NCBI GenBank assembly: GCA_046758845.1
Contig: JBHIBA010000001.1
Span: forward strand, 1-61,180
Source: Nitrospinota bacterium
Lineage (GTDB): Bacteria; UBA8248; JACPRG01; G963555815
DNA length: 61,180 nucleotides
Direction of reading: 5' to 3'
Below are positions 16,912 through 26,216 of this stretch, piece by piece. How positions within the stretch are numbered: position 1 is the stretch's first letter; each line of letters opens with the position of its first letter. Under the pieces are notes generated by a model. The model saw only the letters and a list, made by a program, of their open reading frames with translations, ran no database searches and was not told the DNA's origin. The position numbers and the translations under genes were made by a program.

Positions 16912-18234
16912 TTAGCGTTGGGTGATGGCGCGCGTGGCAGGTTGGGAAGCTGGGCGGACGAGCTGACCCGCAACCAGTCGGTGGGTGCCGCTTTTGACGA
17001 TGAGGTCACCCGGCCGGAGGGCCCCGCGAACGAGTACCCGCTCACTTTGCGTTTGGAGCACCTCTACGTGGCGACGCTCGGTGCGGAAGACCCGTGTGCC
17101 GATTTCTGGAGACCCCCCGGCGGGTCGATCCTCAATCAGCCCGTACGCGGACCACAGGCCGCGCACCCCTTTGGTCAAGGCGGTGATGGGCAACCAGAAG
17201 CCGGCGGCTTTCACAGTCTCGGGGAGTCTCAATCGAACGACTTGCTCGGGGAACAGCCTGCCCACGGCCGACGCCTCAAGGCTCAGGACCACGGTAATGG
17301 TTCGTGTCATCGTATCGAGTTCCGGCAACAAGACCGAAACCCCCGCCCGGTAGGATTCCTGATTGACTTGGACAAGTTGCCGACTTCCCGGCTTGAGGTT
17401 CCGCGCCGCCCGCACGGGAACGCCGACCCTCGCCTCCAGGAACCCATCCTCCACAAGACGCACGACGGGCTCTCCGGGGTTGACCACGGTCCCTTCGTCC
17501 ACCCAGCGTTTGGAGATCTTCCCTGCGAAGGGTGCCCGTAGGATGCTTTTCTTGAGGTCGATTTGGACGGAAGTCAGCCTGGCGGCGAGCTCCTGCACCA
17601 GCGCCCTTTGCGCCCGAATCTGTTCCTTGCGGGTGCCCGCCAGGAGCTCGTCCAGGCGGCGCTGGGCCGCATCCAACTGGGCCAGGAGTGTATTGACGTT
17701 GTAGGCCGCCTCGTCGAATTGCTCTGCGGCAATGACTTTCTGGGAGAGGAGTCTTCGGCGACGCGAGCGCCGGATTTTGGCGAGCGTCAGCCGCTCGCGA
17801 AGCTCATTCACCTGGGCCCGCGCCGCGGCGATGGTCTCGCGCCGAGGCCCGGCAATCAGCTCGTCGAGTCTGGCGGTGGCCTGGGCCCGTCGGGCGAGCA
17901 GCTCTTGACGCGAAGCCTCGAGTCGCCGGGTGTCCTGCGCCGCCAGAACGCCTCCGGCGGCTACCCGATCGCCTTCTTCGACGGCGACATCGATGAGTTT
18001 GCCCTGGCGCTCGAAGCCCAGGTCGCTTTTGCGGCGAGCGACGATCTTGCCGGTGTAATCTCGATACACGCGGTAGGAATCCACCAGCTCCAGCCTGAGC
18101 GTCTCGACCGGCAAGGCCCTGAGCGGGGGTGCGGCCTCCTCGCCCCGGCGCCCGTCCAGGACCTGGGGGAATCCGAGGCCAAGGCCCACCAAAATGACGA
18201 TGACGACGGCTGGTAGAATTCTACTTTTCGTCAT
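16912..18234 (-). CDS. RND efflux periplasmic adaptor (membrane fusion protein, HlyD family)
   Basis: N-terminal TM (MTKSRILPAVVIVILVGLGL), lipoyl-like and coiled-coil segments. Start chosen at Met48 (GAAAGG RBS); 18252 is an alternative. Confidence 0.85.
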   Translation of the reverse strand: MTKSRILPAVVIVILVGLGLGFPQVLDGRRGEEAAPPLRALPVETLRLELVDSYRVYRDYTGKIVARRKSDLGFERQGKLIDVAVEEGDRVAAGGVLAAQDTRRLEASRQELLARRAQATARLDELIAGPRRETIAAARAQVNELRERLTLAKIRRSRRRRLLSQKVIAAEQFDEAAYNVNTLLAQLDAAQRRLDELLAGTRKEQIRAQRALVQELAARLTSVQIDLKKSILRAPFAGKISKRWVDEGTVVNPGEPVVRLVEDGFLEARVGVPVRAARNLKPGSRQLVQVNQESYRAGVSVLLPELDTMTRTITVVLSLEASAVGRLFPEQVVRLRLPETVKAAGFWLPITALTKGVRGLWSAYGLIEDRPAGGSPEIGTRVFRTERRHVEVLQTQSERVLVRGALRPGDLIVKSGTHRLVAGQLVRPASQPATRAITQR

Positions 18235-18271
18235 AATATGACCTTTCGTCATGTTTCCGCCAAAAATTTTT

Positions 18272-19003
18272 TCAGCCTGCGTGGGCTCTGCGGAACTCAT
18301 CGGGGAAGACTTCTTTTCGAATACGTTCGTACGTCTTTTCGTAATCCCATTCACTGGACAGAGGCCTCCAGGCAAGACCGTCCAGAAACGCTTGGCAGTT
18401 CTTTCGAACCGTCGCGAAGGGATCCTCGATGCCTAGCCTGTCAAGTGGGACGCCGGCAAGAATCAGCGAATAGGCCCCGAAGGCCAACGACCAACACCCG
18501 AACGTCAGCTCCCCAGGGTTGCATGCTTCCGGCAACTCCAAGTCCCCTTGTGAAACGGCGTCCCTGACAATTCCAGTCATGATGGCGTAGATCTGGCTGT
18601 CGATCGCCTGTAACCTGCTGAGGTGCTCGGGCGACGCCTTGGCTTTGATGGAAGCGGCCATAATGATCTGCCCGGTGCGGAAGCGGTCGGGGTGGAGTCG
18701 AGTGAACAGCTCGTACGCCTGGCCAATCGCGACCATCCGCTCTCGGGACCGTCCCTTAAAAGCGGCAGCCCGCTCGAACATATCCAGGAGGATGCCTTCA
18801 GTCTGGATACAGAAGGCCGCTACGATGTCCTCTTTGCAGGAAAAGTGCTGGTAGATCGTTCCCTTGGAATACTCCGTCACCTCGGCGATCCGGTCCATGG
18901 TCATCCCCAGGTAGCCGACCTCGAGGAGCATCCGGCGGGCGACCTCCAGGATCAGTTCCTCCCGCTCCTTGATCTCTCGTTGTTTTCGCGTCAGCGTGTT
19001 CAT
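18272..19003 (-). CDS. TetR/AcrR-family transcriptional regulator
   Basis: N-terminal HTH ILEVARRMLLEVGYLGMTMDRIAEVTEYSKGTIYQHFSCKEDI. First gene of the efflux operon. Confidence 0.9.
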   Translation of the reverse strand: MNTLTRKQREIKEREELILEVARRMLLEVGYLGMTMDRIAEVTEYSKGTIYQHFSCKEDIVAAFCIQTEGILLDMFERAAAFKGRSRERMVAIGQAYELFTRLHPDRFRTGQIIMAASIKAKASPEHLSRLQAIDSQIYAIMTGIVRDAVSQGDLELPEACNPGELTFGCWSLAFGAYSLILAGVPLDRLGIEDPFATVRKNCQAFLDGLAWRPLSSEWDYEKTYERIRKEVFPDEFRRAHAG

Positions 19004-19009
19004 GCCTCA

Positions 19010-19039
19010 GAATATGGACACTTCGTCAAAAAATGTCAA
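19010..19039 (-). promoter_or_regulatory. candidate promoter/operator of the tetR-efflux operon (possibly leaderless)
   Basis: On the minus strand: TTGACA (19039..19034), 18-nt spacer, ATATTC (19015..19010), 6 nt before ATG 19003. Three direct TTGAC repeats span 19024..19048. Confidence 0.3.
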
Positions 19040-19328
19040 TACGTCAAACGGAAATTTTTTCAGGAAAATACTTTCGTTTAAGTTTCGTCCATTTGCGTTC
19101 TCTCAGAGGATCACCCGCTACACTGAAGTTTTCTCACACCGCAAATGGGGGCGAATTTATTTCAATTCTTGGATGAAGGGGTTTGCCTTACGTTCTTCCC
19201 GCCCTGTCGGGCATCTACCGCCACCGATGGGCGAAGACGCTCCGACGTTGCACTTGATAGTGGGAAAGCTTCATCGATCCAGGTCATGCCGATCTCTTCT
19301 AAGCAAATCCTTGTTGGAGGATCCATCT

Positions 19329-20909
19329 CTATCTGGCCTGAGGCCGTTCGGCGTCTCCTTGACTTTGTCTTCGCTCCACGAGGGCGAAAGGGTAGGCAAT
19401 GGCCAAAGTGCGCGAGCCGTCTCTCTTGTCGGGGCCATCTCGCCGAAGATCCAGAAGCTGAACGGACTTCGGTTTCGCGGCGCAAGTCAGGGACTCCGCG
19501 TCCAGGTAGAATTGGGCCGCCCATGCGAAGTTCCACTGACTGTATGAAAACCATGGACATCTGAAGCCTTGTGGCAATTGAAGGACATCCAATCGAATCC
19601 CCTGTCTGCGGACTTCCTCCCCCAAACGGGCGAGCGCACTAAACTTTGGCCTCGGGTGCGATTTAAAAACCTGGGGGGCTACTGCGCTCAGGATGAAAAT
19701 TCCGATGGAAAGAAGAAAAGCGCCCGAAACGAGATACCGGTAGAGCCCGCGTCTGCTCCGCAGGAAGACGTAGACAGCGAGAGCCGTCAAGAGGCTGAAA
19801 CCGATGAGACAAGGGTAGATGTACCAACTGTTCCTTTTCACACCGAAGGTGAAGCCTAACAGAAGGACCCCCGCCTGGGTGAGTCCGAACGCCCAGGCCC
19901 GAACCAGCGCCTTCCTCTGCGGGTCTTCTCGCCCCACAAGCCAAGGCGCAACCAGACCGGCCAGCAGAACGGGGAGCCACGGCCAGTATCGCTTGCCAAG
20001 GACCTGAAGATAATAAAAATGCCCCGCCTTTAACATCCACCGCGAAGATTGCTCCTTATCTCCGATGGCCGGCACAATCTGTTGAAAAAAGAACCTCTTC
20101 CAGTACGAGTAGGACCACAGACTGAAGTGCCAGAGTTCTGCCAAGGAGAGAACGCCCGCGGCAACGACCAGATAGAGGCCCAGCCGGCGCCAGGGAAGGC
20201 GGGCTACGCATTCTCGCCAGTAGCGGGGAGAGCGTAAATATTCGCCAAGACTTGTACTTGGAAAGGTCAGGTAACAGACCACCAAAACCGGGAGCACGAC
20301 AAACGCGGGGGGACCTTTCGTCAGGATGGCGCACGCCAGCGCGAACCCGCCGCCCAAGGAGAAAAGCCAGCTCCGGTGAATTTTCATTCCCCAGTAAAGG
20401 GCGAGCGCTATGAAAAACATCAGCAGCGGCTCAGCCAAGGGATCTCGGCTCTGCTTCACAAACCAAGGCGTCAGGACGAGGATCAAGGCCGCCACAAACC
20501 CGAAGTCGCGATTCACCAGCCGCTTGCCCATCTTATAGACGAGCCAGACCGACAGGTGGGAACCGATGAGAGTCGGCAATAGCGCCGCCTCCGGGCGGGC
20601 TCCGATCAATCTCATGGTCGCCGCCTCGGCCCACAGGATGAGCGGAGGCTTTTCGTAGAAATACCAATCCCACTTCCAGTCTATTCGCATCCAGGTATGG
20701 ACCGGAGCCGCCGACAAGTCCCGCGCCATGATTGCGAAGAAAGCAGAGTCGCCATTGCGGATCAGGGTGGAGGACCAGTTTTGCCACAGAAGAGCCAAGG
20801 CGAGGAGAAACAACGAGAGCCCATAGGAAGCGGGCGAAAGGGGGACCTGCCATCGGTTCGGGAGGTCTATCAGAGACCGTGCGGTTGAAAGCATCTTGGA
20901 CAAGTTCAT
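19329..20909 (-). CDS. GT-C fold glycosyltransferase (family 39/83, ArnT/PMT-like)
   Basis: 526 aa polytopic protein. The N-terminal third (FYEKPPLILWAEAATMRLIG...LTKGPPAFVVLP) is typical of PMT_2/ArnT-type enzymes. Confidence 0.8.
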   Translation of the reverse strand: MNLSKMLSTARSLIDLPNRWQVPLSPASYGLSLFLLALALLWQNWSSTLIRNGDSAFFAIMARDLSAAPVHTWMRIDWKWDWYFYEKPPLILWAEAATMRLIGARPEAALLPTLIGSHLSVWLVYKMGKRLVNRDFGFVAALILVLTPWFVKQSRDPLAEPLLMFFIALALYWGMKIHRSWLFSLGGGFALACAILTKGPPAFVVLPVLVVCYLTFPSTSLGEYLRSPRYWRECVARLPWRRLGLYLVVAAGVLSLAELWHFSLWSYSYWKRFFFQQIVPAIGDKEQSSRWMLKAGHFYYLQVLGKRYWPWLPVLLAGLVAPWLVGREDPQRKALVRAWAFGLTQAGVLLLGFTFGVKRNSWYIYPCLIGFSLLTALAVYVFLRSRRGLYRYLVSGAFLLSIGIFILSAVAPQVFKSHPRPKFSALARLGEEVRRQGIRLDVLQLPQGFRCPWFSYSQWNFAWAAQFYLDAESLTCAAKPKSVQLLDLRRDGPDKRDGSRTLAIAYPFALVERRQSQGDAERPQAR

Positions 20910-21691
20910 CCGCGACTTCCTTCAGACCCGGCGGAGACAGCGCGAAATCTAAACCAGAATCACCCGCGTCAGTGAGTGCGGGAACCCGAAAAAGAGAACG
21001 CCCCCGCGAAACGACCAGCCATCGGTTCCGATGTCACAGGGGGCCATGATCCGCCTCGCCTCTTGCGCAACTTCACCTGCTCTGTAAGTGTACAGTGCTT
21101 GCTCATCTCGGGAAAAGGCGACTTTTCCATTCACGTCTTTGTACGCTCGCCGCCCTCTCCCTGCCCCCCCGTCCCCCGGCGGCTACATGATGTTGACATC
21201 TCGGCCCGGCAAGGGGCGCCCCCCGACGACCCAATGCAGAGGTCCGGCCATCGCGGTTATGGGCCTCGCGGCGATTTCGCGACTGCTAGCGGGGAACTCC
21301 TGGAATCGTGGGGTGGCGCTGCGAAGGCTCTCGGCCGGAGAAGAAAGCCTTTCAGCAGATTCTTAAAGCAAAATTGCGGGTCCAAAACGGTCCGAGAGAC
21401 CGGGGCCAGTCGGGAATCGGGCTTGCCTGCCGAAAACATCCCAGTTGTCAAGGTGAGGCTCTTGAAGGAAAATAACTTCCGTTGATGCATCCTGGAGCTG
21501 GTGGCAAGGGGACATTTTTCGGCGGAAGTGGCCGGGCATGGACGTGAGAGGGGGCTTCTTCAGCGTCCGGGAAGCGAAGCCCGGGAAGGCGGACCAACCC
21601 TTTGAACCAAACGGCGCGGAAGACGGCAAAAACTGACAGTCAGGCCATTCGGGCTGACACGGCGTAGCGGAACATATTGCAAATAAACGTT

Positions 21692-21778
21692 GCCGGAGTG
21701 GCGGAACGGGAGACGCAGGGGACTCAAAATCCCCCGGGGCCTAGCCCCGTGTGGGTTCGAATCCCACCTCCGGCACCA
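21692..21778 (+). tRNA. tRNA-Leu (anticodon CAA), long variable arm, CCA encoded
   Basis: GCCGGAGTGGCGGAACGGGAGACGCAGGGGACTCAAAATCCCCCGGGGCCTAGCCCCGTGTGGGTTCGAATCCCACCTCCGGCACCA. Acceptor GCCGGAG/CTCCGGC, anticodon loop CTCAAAA. Confidence 0.95.
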
Positions 21779-21784
21779 AGGAAT

Positions 21785-21821
21785 ATCAAGGGGTTGGCCT
21801 TGTTACCCCTTGATTCTTCTT
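21785..21821 (+). terminator. intrinsic terminator after tRNA-Leu
   Basis: ATCAAGGGGT-(10 nt loop)-ACCCCTTGAT is a perfect 10-bp stem, followed by TCTTCTT. Confidence 0.6.
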
Positions 21822-21978
21822 GAGTTACATGGCATAGAGGCCCTCGCAAGAGTGGGATGGAGGAATATTAAGAGAGATGGCAAGAGCCCCTTGTGGCGGA
21901 AAAAACTAGCACATTTGATTTGCGCCAAACCAGGGTTTTGTACTCGCACCCATAAGCGCGGGGGCGCCCGCCCCCGGC

Positions 21979-22782
21979 TCAACTCTTCTCTATGTGCCAG
22001 GGAATGGCCCACTGCTGGAGTCGGTCCACCGCGGCGAACAGCAGGATGCCCAGGACGGACAGGACCATGAGCCCGGCGAACACCCGGTGCATCTTGAGGA
22101 TGCTCGCCGCATCCTGCACCTGGAAGCCCACGCCCGACTGGCCGTAGAGCATCTCCGACGCCACCACCAGGATGAAGGCCACGCCGGAGCCGAGCTTCAG
22201 GCCGGCGAAGACCATGGGCAGCGACCCGGGCAGCATGACCTCCCAGAAGAGCTGGCGGTCGGTGGCCCCCATGTCCCGGGCCGCCTTGACCAGCACCGGG
22301 TCCACACTCTTCACCCCGACCATCGCGTTGATCAGCACCGGGTACAAAACGCCCATGAAGGCCATGACCAGCCGGGGCATCTCGCCGAGCCCCAGCCACA
22401 CGATGAGGAGCGGGATCAGCGCGATCTTGGGCAGGGGGTAGGTGGCGGACACGAGATAGGCGCAGAACTGCTCGAACCAGCGGTACCAACCCATGCACAG
22501 GCCGAGGATCACGCCGACCAGCCCGCCCACGACGATCCCGATAACCGAGCGCGCGACCGTGTAGAGGAGGTGGAAGAAGAGCTCGCCGGTCGCGACCTGC
22601 CGGCGGATCTCCTCGATGACGGCCGAGAACGCCGGCAGGATGTAGGGCGGGACGTCGTACCCCCGGATGACGGCCTCCCACACGCCGAAGATCAGGAGGA
22701 CCGAGATCAGCTTGGCGAAGCGCCCGCCGGGGAGCGCCCGCGCGGCCCCGTTCTTCGGGACGACCCTCCGGGAGACGGCCAC
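21979..22782 (-). CDS. ABC transporter permease (NitT/TauT family, SsuC/TauC-like)
   Basis: 267 aa, 6 TM, BPD-transporter EAA-type loop region. Operon with the ATPase and an NMT1-like binding protein. Confidence 0.9.
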   Translation of the reverse strand: MAVSRRVVPKNGAARALPGGRFAKLISVLLIFGVWEAVIRGYDVPPYILPAFSAVIEEIRRQVATGELFFHLLYTVARSVIGIVVGGLVGVILGLCMGWYRWFEQFCAYLVSATYPLPKIALIPLLIVWLGLGEMPRLVMAFMGVLYPVLINAMVGVKSVDPVLVKAARDMGATDRQLFWEVMLPGSLPMVFAGLKLGSGVAFILVVASEMLYGQSGVGFQVQDAASILKMHRVFAGLMVLSVLGILLFAAVDRLQQWAIPWHIEKS

Positions 22783-22786
22783 GGCG

Positions 22787-23566
22787 CTACTCCGCCGCGG
22801 CTTCTTCGGCGGCCTCCCGCATCGAGTTCCACAGCGTCTCCCGGAGCTCGTTGAAGTCGGGCCGGCGCCGGATCTCCGGGGTCCGGGGACGGGGGAAATC
22901 TATCTTCACCACCTCGCGCACCCGCCCGGGACGGCGGCTCATCAGGACGATGCGGTCCCCCAGGAGGACGGCCTCCTCGATGCTGTGCGTCACGAAGCAG
23001 ACCGTCTTCCGCTTGGCCTCCCACAATTGGAGGAGCTCTTCCTGGAGGACCATCCGGGTCTGGGCGTCCAGGCTGCCGAAAGGCTCGTCCATGAGGATCA
23101 CCTCCGGGCCGTTGGCCAAAACCCGGGCGATGCTCACCCGTTGCTTCATCCCGCCCGAGAGCTGGTGAGGATACCGGTCCTCGAACCCCTCGAGCCCCAT
23201 GAGGCGGAGGTAATGGAGGGCCGCCTCGGTCCGCTGCCGCGGAGCGACGCCCCGCATCTTCAACCCGAAGCCGACGTTCTCGACCACCGTCTTCCACGGG
23301 AAGAGGGCGAACTCCTGGAATACCAGGTTGCTCAGCGGGTGATGCGGCGCCTCGATGTCCTCGAACAGGATCTCACCGCCGGTCAGGGACTCGAGGCCGC
23401 CGATGAGCTGAAGGAGCGTGGACTTGCCGCAGCCGCTGGGCCCGAGGATGCAGACGAACTCATTGGAGGCGACGTCGAACGTCACGTTCGACAGGGCCTC
23501 TACGGGCGTCCCCCGTCCGGTCTCCCAGACTTTCGACACGTCGCGCAGATGGATGCGCGCCATCAC
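22787..23566 (-). CDS. ABC transporter ATP-binding protein (NitT/TauT family)
   Basis: Walker [10 protein letters not shown], signature [13 protein letters not shown], Walker [12 protein letters not shown]. Confidence 0.9.
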   Translation of the reverse strand: MMARIHLRDVSKVWETGRGTPVEALSNVTFDVASNEFVCILGPSGCGKSTLLQLIGGLESLTGGEILFEDIEAPHHPLSNLVFQEFALFPWKTVVENVGFGLKMRGVAPRQRTEAALHYLRLMGLEGFEDRYPHQLSGGMKQRVSIARVLANGPEVILMDEPFGSLDAQTRMVLQEELLQLWEAKRKTVCFVTHSIEEAVLLGDRIVLMSRRPGRVREVVKIDFPRPRTPEIRRRPDFNELRETLWNSMREAAEEAAAE

Positions 23567-23630
23567 GCCCCCCCGCCGGGCCCCGGCGGATCAGCTCGCT
23601 TCGAGCTTCGAGGAAGTGGGAAATCACCGG

Positions 23631-24632
23631 CTACGGCAGCAGGCGGTAATCCACAATCTCTTCGATGCGCTTGACCTTCTGGTCGATCACGCCGATGTCG
23701 TGCAGGTATGCCAGCTGGGACATGGTGGCCTTCTCGTTCAGCCGTCCGTCGAGGCTGATAAAGGGATAGCCCACCTGGCTCGCCATCTGCTTGTTGACCT
23801 TGGTCCACTTGTCGATGACCTCGAAGAGCCGCTCCTTGTTCTTGCCCTCCCCGAGGGCCGCGACATGGTCCTTGGCCCCGTCGAGGTAGGCCCGCATGAA
23901 GCGGCGCCCGACATCGGTGCGCTTTGTGATGAAGTCCTGGTTTGAGAACAGGATGGCCTGCTGCGTTCCCTCCGGGGCCACGTCGGTGCTGGGCGCCAGG
24001 ACCGTCCCGACGCCCTGCTTCTCGGCAATCGTCTTGAAGGGCTCGATCATGTAGGCGACGTCCACGGCCTTGGACCGAAGGGCCGCCGGCATCTGGTTGT
24101 AGCCCACCTTTTTCAGGTGGATGTCCGCCCGGGTCAGTCCGCCGGCCCGCAGCGCGCGGGCCAGGATGTAGTCGTCGATGCTCCCTTTCAGCGTGCTCAT
24201 GCCGAAGGTGCGGCCCTTGAAGTTGGCGTACTTCCGCAGGGCGCCGCTCTCGTAGAGGTCCTTCCGGACCATCCAGTACACGTACACCCAGCCGTCCTTC
24301 TGCTGGGCCATGTCGGACACGATGCGCAGCGGCGCGCCCTGCTGGATGGCGTTCACCAGCGCCGCGCCGAAGCCCAGCGTGCAGATGTCGAGGTTGCCCT
24401 GGATCACCGCGTTGACACGAATGTCCGTCGGCCAGACGACCTTCAACTGGGGGTCGATGCCTTCGCGCTTGAAGTATCCGTTCTCAATGGCCAGGAACAT
24501 CGGCGAGACCGACACGACCGGGATGTAGCAGACCTTGACCGTGTCGGCCGCACGGGCCCGCCCCTGCAAGGCGCCGAGAAGTGAGAAAAGGAAAAAGACG
24601 AGACTAAAACCGGAGAGAAGCTTTCTGGCCAT
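23631..24632 (-). CDS. ABC transporter periplasmic substrate-binding protein (NMT1/SsuA-like)
   Basis: 333 aa with a signal peptide (MARKLLSGFSLVFFLFSLLGALQGRARA). Type-2 PBP fold pattern. Confidence 0.85.
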   Translation of the reverse strand: MARKLLSGFSLVFFLFSLLGALQGRARAADTVKVCYIPVVSVSPMFLAIENGYFKREGIDPQLKVVWPTDIRVNAVIQGNLDICTLGFGAALVNAIQQGAPLRIVSDMAQQKDGWVYVYWMVRKDLYESGALRKYANFKGRTFGMSTLKGSIDDYILARALRAGGLTRADIHLKKVGYNQMPAALRSKAVDVAYMIEPFKTIAEKQGVGTVLAPSTDVAPEGTQQAILFSNQDFITKRTDVGRRFMRAYLDGAKDHVAALGEGKNKERLFEVIDKWTKVNKQMASQVGYPFISLDGRLNEKATMSQLAYLHDIGVIDQKVKRIEEIVDYRLLP

Positions 24633-24950
24633 CTCGAGACCTCCTATGACATGCGTCCGGCCGAGCGGCCGGCGAACCCCCCCTCTCCGTTATCTGAAGG
24701 TGATCGCAAAGAAACGTTCCGGCGGGTCCCGCGAACGTGAACCGCTGGTCAGCGGATGTACATGAAGCGGGAATTCCCATTTCAACTTGGACTGAATCCC
24801 CTCTGGTCCAGTTTGCAGGTTGGAGGCATTAGAACCCCCTGCAGTGCCCCTGTCAAGAGCTTATTGAAGCCTTCAGGACCGGCCCCCGGGGCCATCCAAC
24901 AGGCCGAAAGGGGGGGGCCCCGTCCCTTGCCTTGCCGGGTGGCCCGATCT

Positions 24951-26216
24951 TTAGCCCTCCGCAGGCAGCTGCGGAAAATGCAGAGGGATTTCCGCCAACC
25001 GTCGCGGCCCATCCTCGCCCACGACCACGGTGTCCCCCAGCATGATCCCCACGTCCTTCCGCCAGTGCGGGTCGTTGATGTCGATGTTGAGGGCGAGGAC
25101 CATGCCGGCTCGCAGCGTGAACGCCTCCAAGCCCCGGCCCGAGAGGACGGGCTCCTCCGGCTTGTACACCACGGTGGGGAACTCGGGCGAGCCCAGGCCG
25201 TGGCCATGGAAGCCGCATTCGATGTAGTCCATCCCCGCCTCCTGCACCGGCCGACGGAACGCCTCCCAGACCTCTCGCAGGGGCGCGCCGGGCCGTAGCC
25301 GCTCCACGCCGCTCTGGAGGCTCTCCACGGCGACGGCATGGACGCGGGCCAGCTCCCCCGGCGGGGGCCCCACGAAAGCAGAGAACTCCACCCCCGTGAG
25401 GTAGCCTCCGCAGCTGGCGTGGAACTCCGTGAGGACGAGATCTCCCGCTCGCAGCGGCCGCGTCGTGGGGGCCAGGGGCTGAGGCCGCGCATGGAGGAGG
25501 TACCGCTCGCAGGTGTCCACGGGGTCCGCGCTGAAAAAGCAAAAGATGTAGGGCTCGCCCCCCGCCGCGATGTGCGCCCGCACCATCTCGGCGTACACCT
25601 CGCACTCCCGCACCCCCGGACGCGCGGCCGCCAGCAGGGCCTCCACCATGGCCGCCGCCAGCCGCCCCGACCGCTCCAACAGGGCGATCTCCTCGGGGCT
25701 CTTAATGAGGCGCAGTTCGTCCAGCACGTCGGTGGCGTCCACCAACTCGGCGCCGGGGAGCGCCTCTCGCAGCGCCTCGTACTCCTGATACGCGATGATG
25801 TGCTGCTGGAGGGCGCTGCCGTACCCCACGATGCCGAGGCGGCCGCGGGCTTGGCCCAGGTCCCGCACGACGCCTGCTAGGGCGTCGATGCCCGTGAGGG
25901 GGCGGACCTCCGCCACCCAGTCTTGGCTGAGGAGGTAGGGCGGGTAGGGGTGATACATGTGGATGTTCTCGACGAAGGCCACGGGGTCGCCCCGGCGGGG
26001 GAAGCAGCAGATGCCTTGCTTGGCCGCGATGTGTGTCAGGTATCGAAGGTTCGCCGTGCCCAAGGCGTAGAACCGGTCCGTGCCCCACACCAGCAGGCAG
26101 TCAAGGCCCCTGCGCCCCATGGCCTCCCGCAGCCCCGCCCAGCGGCGGTCCCGCTCGGCCAGCGAGAGTTGGGGCAGGTGCGCCGTGAGCTTTTCGCGAA
26201 CCGCCGCCCTAGCCAC
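24951..26216 (-). CDS. creatinase-like M24-fold hydrolase (metal ligands largely substituted)
   Basis: Creatinase/prolidase N-domain plus pita-bread domain. By-eye alignment puts TEFHA, GVEFS, ALNID and MLGDT where M24 peptidases have D, D, E, E. Confidence 0.8.
   Translation of the reverse strand: MARAAVREKLTAHLPQLSLAERDRRWAGLREAMGRRGLDCLLVWGTDRFYALGTANLRYLTHIAAKQGICCFPRRGDPVAFVENIHMYHPYPPYLLSQDWVAEVRPLTGIDALAGVVRDLGQARGRLGIVGYGSALQQHIIAYQEYEALREALPGAELVDATDVLDELRLIKSPEEIALLERSGRLAAAMVEALLAAARPGVRECEVYAEMVRAHIAAGGEPYIFCFFSADPVDTCERYLLHARPQPLAPTTRPLRAGDLVLTEFHASCGGYLTGVEFSAFVGPPPGELARVHAVAVESLQSGVERLRPGAPLREVWEAFRRPVQEAGMDYIECGFHGHGLGSPEFPTVVYKPEEPVLSGRGLEAFTLRAGMVLALNIDINDPHWRKDVGIMLGDTVVVGEDGPRRLAEIPLHFPQLPAEG

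Noticed and set aside
20949-21134. 61-aa minus-strand ORF in the 780-bp gap before tRNA-Leu; also tested the gap for SRP RNA, RNase P, 6S and tmRNA signatures
   Set aside because: The ORF has no recognisable features or RBS. None of the conserved ncRNA motifs I know (e.g. GAGGAAAGUCC, the SRP GGAA tetraloop context) are present.
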